This document shows positions 61,886 to 64,000 of a stretch of DNA of 64,000 nucleotides, in pieces. The translations under genes were made by a program, and so were the position numbers. This DNA is from Longimicrobiales bacterium (GTDB taxonomy: Bacteria > Gemmatimonadota > Gemmatimonadetes > Longimicrobiales > Gaopeijiaceae), in NCBI GenBank assembly GCA_965197485.1, contig CBDANG010000009.1, forward strand, positions 113,977-177,976, read 5' to 3'. The notes under the pieces were generated by a model. That model saw only the letters and a program-made list of their open reading frames with translations, was not told the DNA's origin and searched no databases. Position 1 is the stretch's first letter, and every line of letters starts with the position of its first letter.

Positions 61886-62749
61886 ATGCCTTCGGAAGTT
61901 AGCTCGGATCAGATAGACCTCGGTGTTTGGGGGATGACCGACACCGGGCAGTTGCGTTCCGAGAATCAGGATGCGTTCTTCGCCCTGGAACTCGCTTCCC
62001 CCCCATCTGAGAAGAGTGTGCGTATGGGACCCGATTCCGATATCCGGGATGGGGAGGTGCACCGGCACGTGCCTCTGGGACCGAGGGGCGCACTCCTCCT
62101 GGTCGCCGATGGGATGGGAGGCGCGGCGGGCGGAGAGGTTGCGAGCCAACTGGCCGTCACTGCTGTACGCGAGGCCGTTGAGCGCATTTGGCGAAGCGAT
62201 AGCAAGGCAACAGTACCTGAGTTCGCGGAGAGGATTCGGGACGCCGTCGTGGAAGCGCACGCACGGGTTCATGCGTACGCCGCTGAACGGCCCTGGCTTC
62301 GGGGGATGGGGACCACCATGACGGCGGCAGGAGTTTTGGACAACGCGGTGGTCTTTGCCCAGGTGGGCGATTCCCGCGCCTACGTGCTTCGGGAACAGCA
62401 GCTCGTCCAGACCACAAAAGACCAGACGTGGGTTCAGGAGATGATTGACGCGGGAACGATGACTCAGAATCAGGCCCGTACGAGTCCCCGGCGGAGCCTG
62501 CTCCTTCAGGCCCTCGGCACAACGCCCAACCTGCTGGCTCCAGTCTCGTTCTGCGAGTTCAAGCCTGGCGACATTCTTCTTCTCTGCTCGGACGGACTCT
62601 CGGGGGTTGTGGAGGAGGACACCCTCGCAAACGTGCTGCTCGAGGCGACGAACCTACGCGAGGCATGCGAGAGGCTGATCGGAAAAGCGAATGAGTCCGG
62701 CGGCCCGGACAACATTACTGCCCTCTTGGCGGAGCCTCTAGCTCGTTAG
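61886..62749 (+). CDS. PP2C-family Ser/Thr protein phosphatase
   Basis: Contains GMTDTGQLRSENQDAF, LLVADGMGGAAGGEVAS, VGDSRAY, LLCSDGLSG and GGPDNITAL. ATG 61886 follows CAGGAG. Confidence 0.9.
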   Translation: MPSEVSSDQIDLGVWGMTDTGQLRSENQDAFFALELASPPSEKSVRMGPDSDIRDGEVHRHVPLGPRGALLLVADGMGGAAGGEVASQLAVTAVREAVERIWRSDSKATVPEFAERIRDAVVEAHARVHAYAAERPWLRGMGTTMTAAGVLDNAVVFAQVGDSRAYVLREQQLVQTTKDQTWVQEMIDAGTMTQNQARTSPRRSLLLQALGTTPNLLAPVSFCEFKPGDILLLCSDGLSGVVEEDTLANVLLEATNLREACERLIGKANESGGPDNITALLAEPLAR

Positions 62750-63801
62750 GACCCCAGTCCATCAGCCGCTTCACGAAATGTCCTAGATAGCTGGACATCC
62801 AGGGTGAAGTCGACGGCCGGACCCGTGGGTAGCAGGTCCTCGGAAAAGCTGACTTGCCATCCCCATCCGCTGGCGGACCGACCCGCAGCGCCTACCGTCA
62901 GGTTGAGGGGGATTCCATCCAGCTCTCCCCCCTCGAATCGCCTAAAGTAGCTGGTACTTCCGCTTACCTGCCCGATGACTGAAAGCCTTGGTCGCACGGC
63001 ATACTCGATCGCGGTGGAAAAAAAAGCCGCCCGTTCGGCTGTGATTGGGGTCAGCTCCAATGGAGGGTTGGCCAGCGTCAGGCCTGCGGATCCGTGGAAG
63101 CGGAGCGGCTCGGCGGATAGCCTGCCGTACAGCGACACTGCGCCATCCATCCGCCCGGCGTCCAAGGGACCGCCGGCTCGCCTGAGGGCTCCGCCAAGAC
63201 TCACCACGAGCGGATCCTCATGCTCGCCGAAGAAGCGCCACTTGGCCCTTAGCCGAATGTCCTCCACGGAGAAGGTGCGCCGTCTGGAGTCGAGTGCGAC
63301 GCTACCCCCCCTGAGGTCCTCGTGCTCTAGCACCAGCTGGTACTGGTCTTCGGGCTGGTTCTCCCGGCCTGAGTTCGGAAGACCGAAGAGGTCGTGGAAT
63401 CCTGTGATCACCGGATCTAGGAAACCTTCCCATCCCGTGTAGAGCCCAACTCGGCCGCCCACCTCGAACGAAGCGCCCAATCCGTATCGCAGGGTTAGGG
63501 AATTCGTCATCTGTTCGAGGTCGAAGAGATGGGCGTGGGCTCTGCGCTCGCTCGCTTCGAATACATTGGAATACGAGGTGGAGAACTCGATACGGAAGGT
63601 CCCCTCCGCCACGGGATCAGCGGACTCGACCCCTGGAACGAAAAGCAGGCGATAGAGAGGGTTCTGCTCGGACGTTGAGAGCGGGCCGATCGGTTTCTGG
63701 GCTAAGGCGAGAGTGGGGCTCAGCCCTCCGAAGGCCGTGAGGGGAACGAGCCTAAGGACGCGAGATCTTCGCACCCAATCCCCAAATACAGTTCGAGTCA
63801 T
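62746..63801 (-). CDS. putative outer-membrane protein (unknown family)
   Basis: Signal-like ...LTAFGGLSPTLALAQ, alternating beta-strand-like composition, and aromatic/Gly-rich segments. I recognise no enzymatic motif. Confidence 0.4.
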   Translation of the reverse strand: MTRTVFGDWVRRSRVLRLVPLTAFGGLSPTLALAQKPIGPLSTSEQNPLYRLLFVPGVESADPVAEGTFRIEFSTSYSNVFEASERRAHAHLFDLEQMTNSLTLRYGLGASFEVGGRVGLYTGWEGFLDPVITGFHDLFGLPNSGRENQPEDQYQLVLEHEDLRGGSVALDSRRRTFSVEDIRLRAKWRFFGEHEDPLVVSLGGALRRAGGPLDAGRMDGAVSLYGRLSAEPLRFHGSAGLTLANPPLELTPITAERAAFFSTAIEYAVRPRLSVIGQVSGSTSYFRRFEGGELDGIPLNLTVGAAGRSASGWGWQVSFSEDLLPTGPAVDFTLDVQLSRTFREAADGLGS

Positions 63802-64000
63802 GCTTTAGCGACCACCGGAATCAGCGCATAGGAATGGTCGGCGATGGGCACACGGACCCCTAGCGGCAGAAAGCTCGGCGGTTTGCATGGAATGGGTCAA
63901 GCCCAATTCAGGATGGCCCGTCATTGTGGGCCCCGTATCTGAATGCTATTTGTGTAGGGGAAGCAGGATTCCAGCGCAGAGGAGGTGCACCTAGAAGCGT

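Overview
This is a 64-kb stretch of a GC-rich (by eye about two-thirds GC) bacterial chromosome. It is tightly packed, and most genes lie on the minus strand. I cannot assign a lineage without a database search.

Positions 1-43 kb are ordinary housekeeping genes:
- A truncated UPF0182 membrane protein and a phosphohexomutase.
- A complete 14-gene nuoA-N complex I operon (2.0-16.5 kb).
- dcd and mdh.
- An ECF sigma / anti-sigma / LTXXQ periplasmic protein operon.
- HU, carA, rnhA, lipB, a 2-oxoacid dehydrogenase E2, and secG-tpiA-pgk-gap.
- comF-like, aroE, an LMW-PTP, tsaC, ispD, dnaB and a family-4 UDG.
- coaBC-rpoZ-gmk-yicC, a plug-domain outer-membrane protein, pepA and icd.

Positions 43-64 kb are more regulatory or accessory in character:
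- An Fe(III)-type ABC binding protein and fused permease with no ATPase gene.
- A GAF histidine kinase paired with a receiver that lacks the phospho-acceptor residues.
- A TetR regulator with a lipoprotein, and a PDZ protein.
- An ECF sigma gene broken by an in-frame TAG.
- An OmpA-like lipoprotein.
- An ImuB-like (apparently non-catalytic) Y-family polymerase with a small Trp-rich partner.
- A frameshifted large LuxR (LAL) regulator preceded by an array of TACGTA hexamers.
- A secreted EEP-family enzyme, phhB and a family-5-like UDG.
- A TPP riboswitch with thiC, a PP2C phosphatase and an outer-membrane protein.

I found no rRNA, tRNA, CRISPR array, transposase, integrase or obvious phage genes. 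I see no convincing new multi-gene defence-type system.

The most second-look-worthy items are:
- the orphan ImuB-like / small-protein pair;
- the TACGTA operator-like array;
- the kinase / pseudo-receiver pair;
- the RNase HI homologue with Ala at the catalytic Glu position;
- the broken ECF sigma.

All calls come from reading translated motifs and hand-checked coordinates. No similarity search was possible.
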